DNA of 64,000 bases from Salinisphaera sp. (GCA_027858915.1 JAQIBT010000147.1:1855-65854), one strand, 5' to 3'. Positions 51,680 to 61,232 are shown, counted from the first letter of the stretch. A program made the numbers and translations. The notes: generated by a model not told the origin, from the letters alone.

Positions 51680-52414
51680 CTAACGGAAATGAATGTTGGT
51701 CGGATTCTTCAGCAGTAAGTACAGGCCGGCGGCCAAGGCCGCGCCGATGAGTGGTCCGACTACCGGAATCCAGGCATAGCGCCAGTCGCTGTCGCGCTTG
51801 CCGCCGGGCATCGGCAGCAGCGCATGCATGATCCGCGGCCCGAGATCGCGCGCCGGATTAATGGCATAGCCTGTGGTGCCGCCCAGAGACAGGCCGATGG
51901 CGAGCACGATCAATGCCACCGGCAGGGCGTCCAGCGAGCCAAGACCGAATGTGGAAACAGCCAGAAACAGGACGCTGAATACCAGTACGAATGTGCCGAT
52001 AATCTCTGAAACAAGATTTAAAAACGGGTTGCGGATCTCGGGCGCGGTGCAGAACACGCCCAGCTTCAGGTCTTTGTCCTCGGTCCGGGCGAAATGGTCG
52101 AAATGCATCAGCCAGACCAGAAAAGCGCCGATAAATGCGCCGATGAACTGGGCCAGAAGGTAGCCGGGAACACGGCTCCAGGCGAACTTGCCCGCAATCG
52201 CCAGACCTAGGGTGACGGCCGGATTGATATGTGCGCCGGAAAACGAGGCTACGACCGCGACCGCGACAAACACCGCCATACCCCAGCCGAAGGTGATAAC
52301 GATCCAACCGCTGCCTTCGCCCTTGGTGCCTTTGAGTAATACGTTGGCAACGACGCCGTCTCCGAGCAGTACGAGCAGCGCGGTACCGATAAGTTCGCCT
52401 AGAAATGGATTCAT
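51680..52414 (-). CDS. glpF: Aquaglyceroporin / glycerol uptake facilitator
   Basis: Two NPA boxes (GAHINPAVT, GYAINPARDLGPR); GGAGG RBS to ATG 52414. Confidence 0.9.
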   Translation of the reverse strand: MNPFLGELIGTALLVLLGDGVVANVLLKGTKGEGSGWIVITFGWGMAVFVAVAVVASFSGAHINPAVTLGLAIAGKFAWSRVPGYLLAQFIGAFIGAFLVWLMHFDHFARTEDKDLKLGVFCTAPEIRNPFLNLVSEIIGTFVLVFSVLFLAVSTFGLGSLDALPVALIVLAIGLSLGGTTGYAINPARDLGPRIMHALLPMPGGKRDSDWRYAWIPVVGPLIGAALAAGLYLLLKNPTNIHFR

Positions 52415-52481
52415 CACCAACCTCCCTCACTATTCAAATCTTTTTTCGCCGTCGTATGTATCCGGGTTGGATCGGCCAGGA

Positions 52482-53306
52482 TCAGTGGGCGTCGATGCGT
52501 CGCAGCAGTTCGTCGGCCTTGTCCTTGAGCAGCGATTGATCGCCGCGAGTTTCCACGTTCAACCGAACGACCGGCTCGGTGTTCGACATGCGCAGATTGA
52601 AGCGCCAGTTACCGAAATTCATCGATAGCCCGTCGACGTGCTCAACCGACTCCGCGGCGTCCCGATAGGCGTTCTCCAGATCAGTCAGCTCGCCGTCCGG
52701 CTCGAATTGCATCCGCTTGATCTTGAGCGGCAGCCGTTTTTCCAGTTCCTGCACCACCAGGCCGGCGCCGCCGTTGCCGGGATTGGCCACAATCGTCAAG
52801 GGTTTCATGCTCTCCGGCTTGATCTGGCCGAGCAGGAAATCGATATAGTCCGCGCGCTGATCCAGCGGCTGGCGTGTGCCGGTGCGCGACGGCTTGGGGA
52901 AATCGGCGTGATAGGCACGTGCCTCGATATCGAACAGGCCGGTATCCGCTGAAATTGGCCGGGCCTGTTCGCGCACGAATTTCAGGCCGTTGTAATCCTT
53001 CGGATTATGGCTGGCCGTGACCATGACGCCGCCGTCGGCCTCCTGCGAAAAAGTCGCGGAGTAGACCTCCTCGGTGCCGCACAGGCCCACGTCCAGCACG
53101 TCGGCACCGCCATCAGTGATGCCGGCGATCAGCGCATCGGCCAGCTCCGGGCTGGACAGGCGCATGTCGCGGCCGACCGCCACGCGCTGGGCGCCCAACT
53201 CCACGACGAACGCCCGGCCAATGCGATAAGCCAGCTCTGCGTCCAATTCGTCAGGTACGCGTGCACGGACGTCATAGGCTTTGAAAAACGGGTAGTGATT
53301 ACCCAC
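52482..53306 (-). pseudogene. Phosphomannomutase/phosphoglucomutase (CpsG/ManB-like) with large in-frame internal deletion
   Basis: FKAYD, VTASHNP..YNG and C-terminal WRFNLR.SNTEP.VRLNVE are present. The DGD.DR metal loop and GE.S.H sugar loop are absent. 274 aa; junction near 52692 (FEPDG|ELTDLE). Confidence 0.8.
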
Positions 53307-53413
53307 GGCTCATGCCTCCTCATTCTTGTTGTAACTGCAGCTTCCTGTCATTGCCAGGAAGAACGACGGATGGCCCGGCTCGCGCTCCCTGCCCATGGCG
53401 GGCGGGCTGCCAT

Positions 53414-54463
53414 TCAGGCGATCGTGACCTCCGAAGATAAGTAGACATCCTGGACCGCGTTCAGGATCTCGATCCCTTCGCGCATGGGCTTCTGGAACGC
53501 CTTGCGTCCGGAGATCAGACCCATGCCGCCAGCGCGCTTGTTGATGACCGCGGTACGCACAGCCTGTTGCAGATCGTTGACTCCCGACGCGCCGCCGGAG
53601 TTGATCAGCCCGGCGCGGCCCATATAGGAGTTGGCCACCTGATAGCGGGTCAGATCGATGGGATGGTCAGACGTGAGCTGGCTGTAAACCCGGTCATGCG
53701 TGTGCCCGAAGCCGATTGCGGTGTAGCCACCATTGTTGGTCGGCAGTTTCTGCTTGACGATATCGGCCTTGATGGTCGCCGCCAGGTGAACCGCCTGCGA
53801 CGTCAGATCCGACGCGGTGTGGTAATCCACGCCGTCTTTCTTGAAATTGTCATTGCGCAGGTAGGACCACAGGACCGTGACCATACCCAGCTCGTGGGCG
53901 CGCTCAAAGGCAGCGGTCATTTCGCAGATCTGGCGGCGGCTGTCGGCAGAACCGAAATAGATCGTGGCACCCACGGCCACGCAGCCCATGTCGTGTGCCT
54001 GCTCGATGCGGGCAAACGGCGTCTGATCGTGCATGGCCGGCAGGGTCAGCGTCTCGTTGTGATTCAGCTTGAGCATGAACGGAATCTTGTGGGCATAGCG
54101 GCGCGCGACAGACGAGAGCACGCCCAGTGTAGACGCGACACAGTTACAGCCGCCTTCGAGCGCAAGTTCGACGATATTCTTTGGATCGAAATAGATTGGG
54201 TTGGGTGCAAACGACGCCCCGGCAGAATGCTCGATGCCCTGATCGACCGGCAATACCGCAAGATAGCCCGTGCCGCCAAGACGACCGTGGTTGAACAAAT
54301 GTTGCATTGAACTCAGCACGTTGGGCGTCCGATCACTATCTGACATCACCCGATCCACGAAATCCGGGCCCGGCAGGTAGAGATCGTCCTTGCTGAATGT
54401 TTCGCAGCGATGTTCAAGCAGGCTTTGTGCCTCGTCGCCAAGCAATTGCGTGATGTCGGTCAT
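53414..54463 (-). CDS. fbaB: Class I fructose-bisphosphate aldolase (DhnA/FbaB type)
   Basis: [40 protein letters not shown] (Schiff-base Lys), [10 protein letters not shown]. Confidence 0.95.
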   Translation of the reverse strand: MTDITQLLGDEAQSLLEHRCETFSKDDLYLPGPDFVDRVMSDSDRTPNVLSSMQHLFNHGRLGGTGYLAVLPVDQGIEHSAGASFAPNPIYFDPKNIVELALEGGCNCVASTLGVLSSVARRYAHKIPFMLKLNHNETLTLPAMHDQTPFARIEQAHDMGCVAVGATIYFGSADSRRQICEMTAAFERAHELGMVTVLWSYLRNDNFKKDGVDYHTASDLTSQAVHLAATIKADIVKQKLPTNNGGYTAIGFGHTHDRVYSQLTSDHPIDLTRYQVANSYMGRAGLINSGGASGVNDLQQAVRTAVINKRAGGMGLISGRKAFQKPMREGIEILNAVQDVYLSSEVTIA

Positions 54464-54554
54464 GGGTCAGGTCTCCGTCTGGTCAGATCGCCGTGCGTTG
54501 CGCGTCGCCTGATAGGTGTTTTCGGTTTTTACAGCCTGTTTGTTTGGTCTGTTC

Positions 54555-55577
54555 TCATGAGGCCGGCTCGGCCTCAGCGCATAGGCGTTCGACGCGCTCA
54601 ACCTCGTTTTTCGAGCCGATAATTACCGGGCAGCGCTGGTGCAGATTGTTCGGCTGGATATCCATGATGCGCTGCGTGCCGGTCGACGCCGCACCCCCCG
54701 CCTGTTCTACGATGAAGCTCATCGGATTAGCCTCGTACAACAGCCGCAGTTTCCCGGCCCTGTCGGGATCCCGGCTTTCCCAGGGATAGAGAAAGATGCC
54801 GCTGTTGATCAACAGCCGATAGAGATCGGCCACCATCGAGCCGGCATAGCGCATGCTGAAGTCAAACCCACGCGGGCCGGACCTTCCAGCGATGCATTCA
54901 TCGATATAGCGCTGTATCGGCGCCGACCAGTAACGGCGATTCGACATGTTCACAGCGAATTCTCGGGTATCGCCGGGCACGATGAGATCCGGGGCCGTCA
55001 ACAGATACTCGCCGGTACCCGTATCCAGCGTGAAAGCATTGACGCCATCGCCCGTGGTCAGCACCAGAACCGTGGCCGGGCCGTAGAGCATGAAGCCTGC
55101 GGCCGCCTGATTCGTGCCCGGCTGCAGGAAGTCAGCGTCGGTGAGTTCGTCAGCCTTTTTCGGGCTCGGCAGAATCGAGAAGATCGTGCCTACGCTGCCG
55201 TTGATATCGATGTTTGACGAGCCATCCAGCGGATCGAAAACACAAAGCCATCCGCCTTGCCCGATTGTGTTCCTGATAGCAACCGCATTGTCCATTTCCT
55301 CGGAGGCAAGGCCGGACCAGTGTTCGCTCCAGGTTGTGGCCTCCAGCAACACGTCGTTGGACACAATATCGAGTTTCTTCTGGGTTTCGCCCTGGATATT
55401 CTCGCTGCCGGCCGATCCATGCATGCCAGCGAGGCTGCCTCGCCCGACGAGGTGAGCGATCTTGCGCGAGGCCTGGGCCAGATCATCGATCGCAGACGCC
55501 AGGCCGGAGCCGATCGATTGCGTATGCGAATCGTCGAGGAGAAAGCGTTTTAGCCCAATTGGTGCGCCGGTTGTCAT
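54555..55577 (-). CDS. fbp: Class 1 fructose-1,6-bisphosphatase
   Basis: N.QGE.QKKLD, SEE, FDPLDGSSNID, LYGP, RYAGSMVAD, KLRLLYEANP. Confidence 0.95.
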   Translation of the reverse strand: MTTGAPIGLKRFLLDDSHTQSIGSGLASAIDDLAQASRKIAHLVGRGSLAGMHGSAGSENIQGETQKKLDIVSNDVLLEATTWSEHWSGLASEEMDNAVAIRNTIGQGGWLCVFDPLDGSSNIDINGSVGTIFSILPSPKKADELTDADFLQPGTNQAAAGFMLYGPATVLVLTTGDGVNAFTLDTGTGEYLLTAPDLIVPGDTREFAVNMSNRRYWSAPIQRYIDECIAGRSGPRGFDFSMRYAGSMVADLYRLLINSGIFLYPWESRDPDRAGKLRLLYEANPMSFIVEQAGGAASTGTQRIMDIQPNNLHQRCPVIIGSKNEVERVERLCAEAEPAS

Positions 55578-55650
55578 TGTTATTTACCCGTTGTTGACGT
55601 CGCGATCTTGTCGTCCCGTAGCCACCGCAAAACGAGGCGATACTCTTGCA

Positions 55651-56833
55651 TTACCACTTGAGTGGCCTGGAGGCCGCTGGGTTATCCGCTACGGATTCGT
55701 TGCTCGCGTCCACGACGCAGCGAAGATACTCTGTGCCCTGGATGAGTATTTCTGCCTCGCGGGGATCTTCACGAATGTTTTCCAGCAGGCCGATCGCCTG
55801 TGCGCCGTAGCGCCGCCACAGACGCGCGCTCAGTGGCTCGCTGGAGTGCTCCGACGTGTAGCTGTCGAGCTGCATGAGCCTGGCCTGGTGGAAGAACTCA
55901 TTACGGACCGAGTGCGAGGGTTCGCCGTACCATTTGTAGTTGGGGTAAGGAAGCGGCACGCCCATGCTCTGCACGTGCTGACAGACTTCATCGCCCACGT
56001 TAAGGCAGTCCGTCAGCTTGCCGCCGCAGATGCAGATATGGGCATTTGACGTATCGGCATCGATCTCGTGCTTGCGCGAGAGCTGCAGAAAATCGCGGTC
56101 GCTGCCCGCACCGGCCTTCACGGCCAAGGGGCGCACACCCCAGCGCATGGCGATGACGTCGTCCCGGGTCAGCGTGCGGTCGAGTGTGAGACGCTTGTTG
56201 ATATTGTCGAGGATAAAATCGATGTCCTCGTCGGTTGCCTTGACGTGTGGGTCGTCCACGCGGGTATCAGTGGTGCCGATGCAGGTGCGATTGCCCATGG
56301 GAATCACGAAGAACAATCGCCCGTCGTCGGCGAAGAACGCCAGAACCCGCTTGTCCGGTGTGAGTTGGTCGACAATCAGATGCACGCCTATTGATGATGG
56401 CCTCGGCCTGCTTGATGCTGCGCTTCGAATGCAGCCGCGGCAGCCGCGTGAAACAGTTGCCCATGAACCAGTACAGCCACGTTCCAGCCCAGAGATACAG
56501 CGGGTGATAGCGAAAGCCTTTGGTGATCGTGGTCAGGAAGCGGATCTCCTGAACCGTCGACGGATAGTGCTTCATCAGGTGGTTACGGCTTCGGCACAGT
56601 TTCCTCACGAGCGTGTAGTCGTGCGATTCCATGTACTTGATGCCGCCCCAGGCAAGGTTGGACGAATTCATGCTGGTGAAGCCGGCAAAGTCACGGACAT
56701 CGATAAGCGCCGTACTCACCCCTTTACCAGCGAGTGCGGCTGCAGAAACCGCACCGTTGATGCCGCCGCCGATAGCGAGCACGTCATGAACGCCGTTTCT
56801 GAGCTTATCGATATTACTTTGGCGGAGTTGCAT
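55651..56833 (-). pseudogene. glpD: Glycerol-3-phosphate dehydrogenase/oxidase (GlpD-type), frameshifting internal deletion plus 3' truncation
   Basis: 5' part has IGGGING, DFAGFTS, GGIKY. At about 56390 it jumps out of frame into GVHLIV..DGRLFFVIP..IGTTD, WGVRPL, LSRKH, GGKLT. Homology ends at EYLRC (about 55717). Confidence 0.85.
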
Positions 56834-57191
56834 TACGATCGGCTCCCATCGATTCAGAGGCAACGCCTCTGAATGGCGCATCTAATCCGACATGAAAACT
56901 GGAATCCCTTGAAAAATACTGAGCAGACCTTGACGGTCGGTTTCTGCCTTGTTCTCTTCCGACACTAGCAACTGGCGCACTGTGATTGAAAGTTAACTAA
57001 AGGTCTTATATGGCATTTTTCTAGCAGATCGATAGCTGGACCGGACTTTCGTTAAAAATCCCTCTTCGGATCGTACGGAAAATCCGGAAGATATTTATAA
57101 TCGAGCCGGATTAGCACCGTGTTATTGAACCGGCGCTACAAATCCATAAAAGGCACAGCAAATATCCGTGCCCTTCGCTGAGGTATTCGGA

Positions 57192-57219
57192 GAGAAGAGG
57201 CCGCCCGCTCTGGGCGGCC
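57192..57219 (-). terminator. Terminator-like hairpin after the C45 gene
   Basis: ggccgccc/gggcggcc stem followed by tcttctct on the minus strand. Confidence 0.45.
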
Positions 57220-57289
57220 AACAAACCATGGCTTTCGTCAGAAAGCCCGTAGGGCAAAAGACTGCAATGCGTGTGCGGCCTCGCTTTTC

Positions 57290-58468
57290 TTAGATGCGAG
57301 CAGACCAGTCCGCGGTCGAGGCGCTTTTCCAGTCATCGGCGAACAACATGCCAAACGCCTGCCAGTCGGTCGCGCCGTCGGCATTCCCTGCTAGCCACGT
57401 GTCGAACCGGCCTTGTGATGCGCTCGGCAGGAATGGGCGTACCAGCGCCAGCGTCGCCGCAAGATCCGCCGGTTCCATCGTCTGCTCTGTGTGCTCCTTG
57501 TAGTGCACAAGCCGGCACCCCGGTTTGAAGTCGTCCAGCGTCTGCCGCCAGCGATCGCCTGGCCACAACAGGGTCATGGCGCCGGCGTCAGGGTCGTACT
57601 CGGTAGTGAACAGCGTGCCAAAGCCCTGCGTGTAGCCGCGCTGGAACAGCGGCTCGGCGAGAAAGGCCTCGGCCAGCGCCGTCGGCGAAATCTCGGAAGC
57701 GAAAAGCGATTCCAGATGCGCTTGTCGGGCCAACGTACGGGTAAAAGCCGGCCGGTCGGGCGCTGGGCCATTGTGCTGGTGGTTGGTCGCGATGGACTGC
57801 TCCCGCCGGCGCAGCCCGCCGCCCGGGCGAAGCTCTACCGCGGCTGTCTGGCCGTGGCGGTCTGCCAGCACAAGGTTGTAGGCCATGTGCGACGGCACGC
57901 GCTTAAGCACGGCGAGCGCCTGGTCCACGTCGGCGCAGGTTTCCAGTACATAGCGCAGGATCGTTGTAATGCCAAAGCCTTCGCCCACCGCACCGCTGCC
58001 GCCGTAGGCAAGCGCCACCGAGAGACCGGCGCCGTTGATTCCGTCGGACAGGCCCCAGAGGAATTCCACCATCCCCATGACCGGCATGCCGGTCCATTCG
58101 GTGCGTAGCAGCAACCCCTCGTTCAGATTGGGCGAGAGATCGTAGTTGCGCAGCAGACGCACATCTCCGTCCTCGGCGCGCGCCGCCAGCGAGCAACCGC
58201 CGAGATAGGCTGGCGGACACCAGGTCGAGAGGAACCGTGCGGCGCGGTCGCTGCCGCCAGCAAGCGCGGTCAGGCGCGCGTGGACCGGCACGAGCTCGGG
58301 CATGTGCTTGACCAGCGCTGCTTCGCAGGCTGCGCGCGATGGCCCGGCGTCGCCGCGGGAAGCAACCCACCAGGCTTCATAAGCAGACCAGGAGCGGTCC
58401 CAGCGGGCTTTCCAGGCCGGGCCCGGGCGGGCTTCGGCGACGGCGTCAAACTGTAAGGATAATGTCAT
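57290..58468 (-). CDS. C45 family Ntn-hydrolase / acyltransferase
   Basis: HMPEL, GG|CS autoproteolytic Cys, LLRNYD, DGINGAGL, TNHQ. Confidence 0.8.
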   Translation of the reverse strand: MTLSLQFDAVAEARPGPAWKARWDRSWSAYEAWWVASRGDAGPSRAACEAALVKHMPELVPVHARLTALAGGSDRAARFLSTWCPPAYLGGCSLAARAEDGDVRLLRNYDLSPNLNEGLLLRTEWTGMPVMGMVEFLWGLSDGINGAGLSVALAYGGSGAVGEGFGITTILRYVLETCADVDQALAVLKRVPSHMAYNLVLADRHGQTAAVELRPGGGLRRREQSIATNHQHNGPAPDRPAFTRTLARQAHLESLFASEISPTALAEAFLAEPLFQRGYTQGFGTLFTTEYDPDAGAMTLLWPGDRWRQTLDDFKPGCRLVHYKEHTEQTMEPADLAATLALVRPFLPSASQGRFDTWLAGNADGATDWQAFGMLFADDWKSASTADWSARI

Positions 58469-58500
58469 GGTCTTGTCATCCGGTTAATTGGAAAAAGTTG

Positions 58501-58890
58501 TTACCGAGTTCGGTCGGCGAGCGCGGCCTTGACCTCGGCGCTTGCCTGCAGGCTGCCGAGCACCGCCACGGAGGCAATCGCGGCTCTTGCCAGTTCGGGC
58601 GTTACGTCCGGCGCGATACGGGCAAGGCCAACCACACTCACGTGCAGGGTTCTGTGTTCTTGAATGGCGGTCTCCAACTCGTGGCGCGTGATATCTCGCA
58701 CACCCAGATCGAGGCGGTGACGCTCGATTGAGCGAGCAAGCGGCTCGCGCTCTGCCACGAGCTGGTTACGGATCGCTGTACGAATAAAATCGCTGCGGTT
58801 GGCGTAGAAGCCTTCCTGCACCAGCAGATCAATCCGGCCGAGATCGACTGGGCCGAGATTGATCGTCAGTTTTTCGTTGCCCTTTGCCAT
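58501..58890 (-). CDS. CopG/ribbon-helix-helix transcriptional regulator
   Basis: EKLTINLGPVDLGRIDLLVQEGFYANRSDFIRTAIRNQL RHH signature, with C-terminal V.G...IA.DVTPELA..I.S..VLG. Confidence 0.85.
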   Translation of the reverse strand: MAKGNEKLTINLGPVDLGRIDLLVQEGFYANRSDFIRTAIRNQLVAEREPLARSIERHRLDLGVRDITRHELETAIQEHRTLHVSVVGLARIAPDVTPELARAAIASVAVLGSLQASAEVKAALADRTR

Positions 58891-58894
58891 AAAA

Positions 58895-58920
58895 CATCCA
58901 ATAGCCATCCATGTGGATGG
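58895..58920. promoter_or_regulatory. Palindromic operator candidate upstream of the CopG-like gene
   Basis: CCATCCATGTGGATGG (58905-58920; 14/16 self-complementary) plus an extra CATCCA half-site at 58895-58900. Confidence 0.55.
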
Positions 58921-59102
58921 TATATAGCCACCCGAGGCAGTTTGCAAGCGAATTCCTGATATTCGTTTGCAGCCCGCGATACCGCGGGTTGTTGCCAGCG
59001 GCTACCGAAGGCCGGAGGGGGTGTTGCCCTGCGCAGTTGAATACACTGCATAGTCGGGGCAGTCCGCGCGTTGACCCACGAGACACAAGAAAGGAATTCG
59101 AT

Positions 59103-60575
59103 ATGCCCGGTACCGCACATGGCAACATCCGCGATTTGCAGTCCTTCGACAGCGCTGACGCGGCTCTGGCACGGATCGAGGCGCTCTATGAAGCGGCCCG
59201 CGAACAAATGCGCGATCGGCACCGCCGCTTCGTTGCCGGCGAGCATGAACCGGAACCCCTGCCGGCCGCCTACTACCCTTATGTCGGCATCGAGACCACG
59301 CCGGATCGACTGGTCAGCTCAGCAAGGCCGACCTACGGCTCGCTGCGCAAGGGCGGCGTTCACGGCACCACGGTCACGCGGCCCGATCTTTTCCGCCATT
59401 ATCTGCTCGAACAATTCGAGTTGCTGCTCAACAACCACGGCGCGCCGATCCAGGTTGGCCTGTCTGATCAACCGGTCCCGCTGCCGTTCATGATCGAAGA
59501 AGCGACCGCGGATCTTACGCCGGACGCGGTCCGGGCGATGGAGCGTGCCTTCTATCTGCCAAATCTGGCGAACATGAACGATGCGATTCCCAACAGCACG
59601 CATCGCACGCTGTCCGGGCATCCCTTTCCGCTGGCGCTGTTCGATGCCCAGCGCACTGATCTTGCCTTGCAGCGGCTGGCCCACTACACGGGCACAGACC
59701 CCGCCTGCTTCCAAGGATTCGTGCTGCTAACCAATTACCAGCGGTATGTAGACGATTTCGCCGACTATGCGCGCGAACAGATCGCCAATCACGACGAATA
59801 CAGCGCCTTCGTGTCTCCCGGCGACGTGATCGAGCCGAATACGCGGTTCGAGCACGCAAGCGTCAGTGGCGAAACACCAAAACATCTGCCACCGATGCCG
59901 GCGTACCACCTCACACGCCCAGACCGGCTCGGCGTCACGCTGATCAACATTGGCATGGGCCCGTCGAACGCCAAGACCATTACCGACCATCTGGCCGTGC
60001 TTCGCCCGCATTGCTGGTTGATGATCGGCCACTGCGGCGGCCTGCGCCGGTCCCAACAGTTGGGCGACTACGTCCTCGCCCATGCCTACGTCCGAGAAGA
60101 CCACGTGCTGGATCAGGATCTGCCGCCGTGGGTGCCAGTGCCGCCGATCGCCGAGATGCAGGTAGCACTCGAACAGGCAGTCAGCGGCGTGACCGGACTA
60201 TCCAAGCGCGATCTGAAGAACCGGCTGCGTACCGGCACGGTCGCCAGCACCGACAACCGCAACTGGGAATTCCGCTACGACGAACTCTACGAGCGTTTTT
60301 CGCAGTCGCGGGCGATTGCCATCGATATGGAAAGCGCGACCATCGCCGCCAACGGTTTTCGCCTGCGCGTGCCCTACGGCACGCTGCTGTGCGTCTCCGA
60401 CAAGCCGATGCACGGCGAATTGAAGCTGCGCAGCATGGCCAACGCCTTCTACCAGAGTCAGGTCCAGCAGCATCTGACCATCGGATTGGAAACCCTGCGC
60501 CTGATCCGCGAGTCCGGCGTCGAGGCACTCCATTCACGCAAGCTCAGATCGTTCGACGAGCCGGCATTTCGCTGA
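59103..60575 (+). CDS. amn: AMP nucleosidase
   Basis: TVTRPDLF..YL.EQ, LFTNYQ-like LLTNYQRY, MPAYHL, NIG.GPSNAKTITDH, DMES, LLCVSDKP.HGE. Confidence 0.94.
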   Translation: MPGTAHGNIRDLQSFDSADAALARIEALYEAAREQMRDRHRRFVAGEHEPEPLPAAYYPYVGIETTPDRLVSSARPTYGSLRKGGVHGTTVTRPDLFRHYLLEQFELLLNNHGAPIQVGLSDQPVPLPFMIEEATADLTPDAVRAMERAFYLPNLANMNDAIPNSTHRTLSGHPFPLALFDAQRTDLALQRLAHYTGTDPACFQGFVLLTNYQRYVDDFADYAREQIANHDEYSAFVSPGDVIEPNTRFEHASVSGETPKHLPPMPAYHLTRPDRLGVTLINIGMGPSNAKTITDHLAVLRPHCWLMIGHCGGLRRSQQLGDYVLAHAYVREDHVLDQDLPPWVPVPPIAEMQVALEQAVSGVTGLSKRDLKNRLRTGTVASTDNRNWEFRYDELYERFSQSRAIAIDMESATIAANGFRLRVPYGTLLCVSDKPMHGELKLRSMANAFYQSQVQQHLTIGLETLRLIRESGVEALHSRKLRSFDEPAFR

Positions 60576-60815
60576 TTGCCATCGTGAAAGGATTATTACG
60601 GATATTCTTGTGCGCATCGTTGTCTATACACTCGAATGACAGACTCTTCTATGCGGAAAAGCATAGGTGGAAAGCATCAAGTACTGAAGACTGTTGCTCA
60701 GAAAATATTGGCTCCACTTGGCCTGTCGGCGTCAAGGCGGGCCCATACAGACCTCGGCCGACAACTTGTCGTTTCATTTGAAATCACATCCAGGTTTCAA
60801 TGTCAGGAGAAAACC

Positions 60816-61232
60816 ATGAAAATCAAGCTCAACGCGCCGGCGCTAACCGCTACGGCTTTGATCGGTCTGTCCGCCCTTGCCCTATCAGCTACCGCATTGG
60901 CTGCGGATAACAGCATGTCGAGTAGCGGCAACATGCAGTCGCACAGCGGCATGTCCAAGAGTGGCGACTCGATGATGGCTCACAGTCACATGTCGGGATC
61001 GATGTCGAAATCGAGAGTCATGTCTGTGCAGAAGGCCTTGATGGGAAAAGGCATGAACGTCAAGACCGACGGCATGATGGGTCCGAAGACCGAACAGGCG
61101 ATACGGCAATACCAGAAGAAAAATAACCTGAAAGTTACCGGCCGTCCGGATAAGGCAACCTGCAAAAGCCTTGGCGTCAGCTTGGGCAATGACAGCATGC
61201 TGAATAAAAACAACGGCATGAGCGGCAGTTAA
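60816..61232 (+). CDS. Secreted peptidoglycan-binding (PG_binding_1-like) protein with Met/Ser-rich linker
   Basis: AGGAG RBS, signal peptide (ALA-A), VQKAL..G..DG.MGPKT.QAIRQYQ....L.VTG motif. Confidence 0.8.
   Translation: MKIKLNAPALTATALIGLSALALSATALAADNSMSSSGNMQSHSGMSKSGDSMMAHSHMSGSMSKSRVMSVQKALMGKGMNVKTDGMMGPKTEQAIRQYQKKNNLKVTGRPDKATCKSLGVSLGNDSMLNKNNGMSGS

Noticed and set aside
53302-53313. ATG AGC CGT GGG TAA mini-ORF after GAGGAGG, suggesting a frameshifted pmm start
   Set aside because: The RBS spacing (8 nt) fits GTG 53306 far better than the ATG (1 nt), so no frameshift needs to be invoked.
57011-57026. TGGCATTTTTCTAGCA, a sigma54-like spacing on the plus strand
   Set aside because: It points away from glpD toward the 3' end of a convergent gene, and the -12 element is TAGC rather than TTGC.
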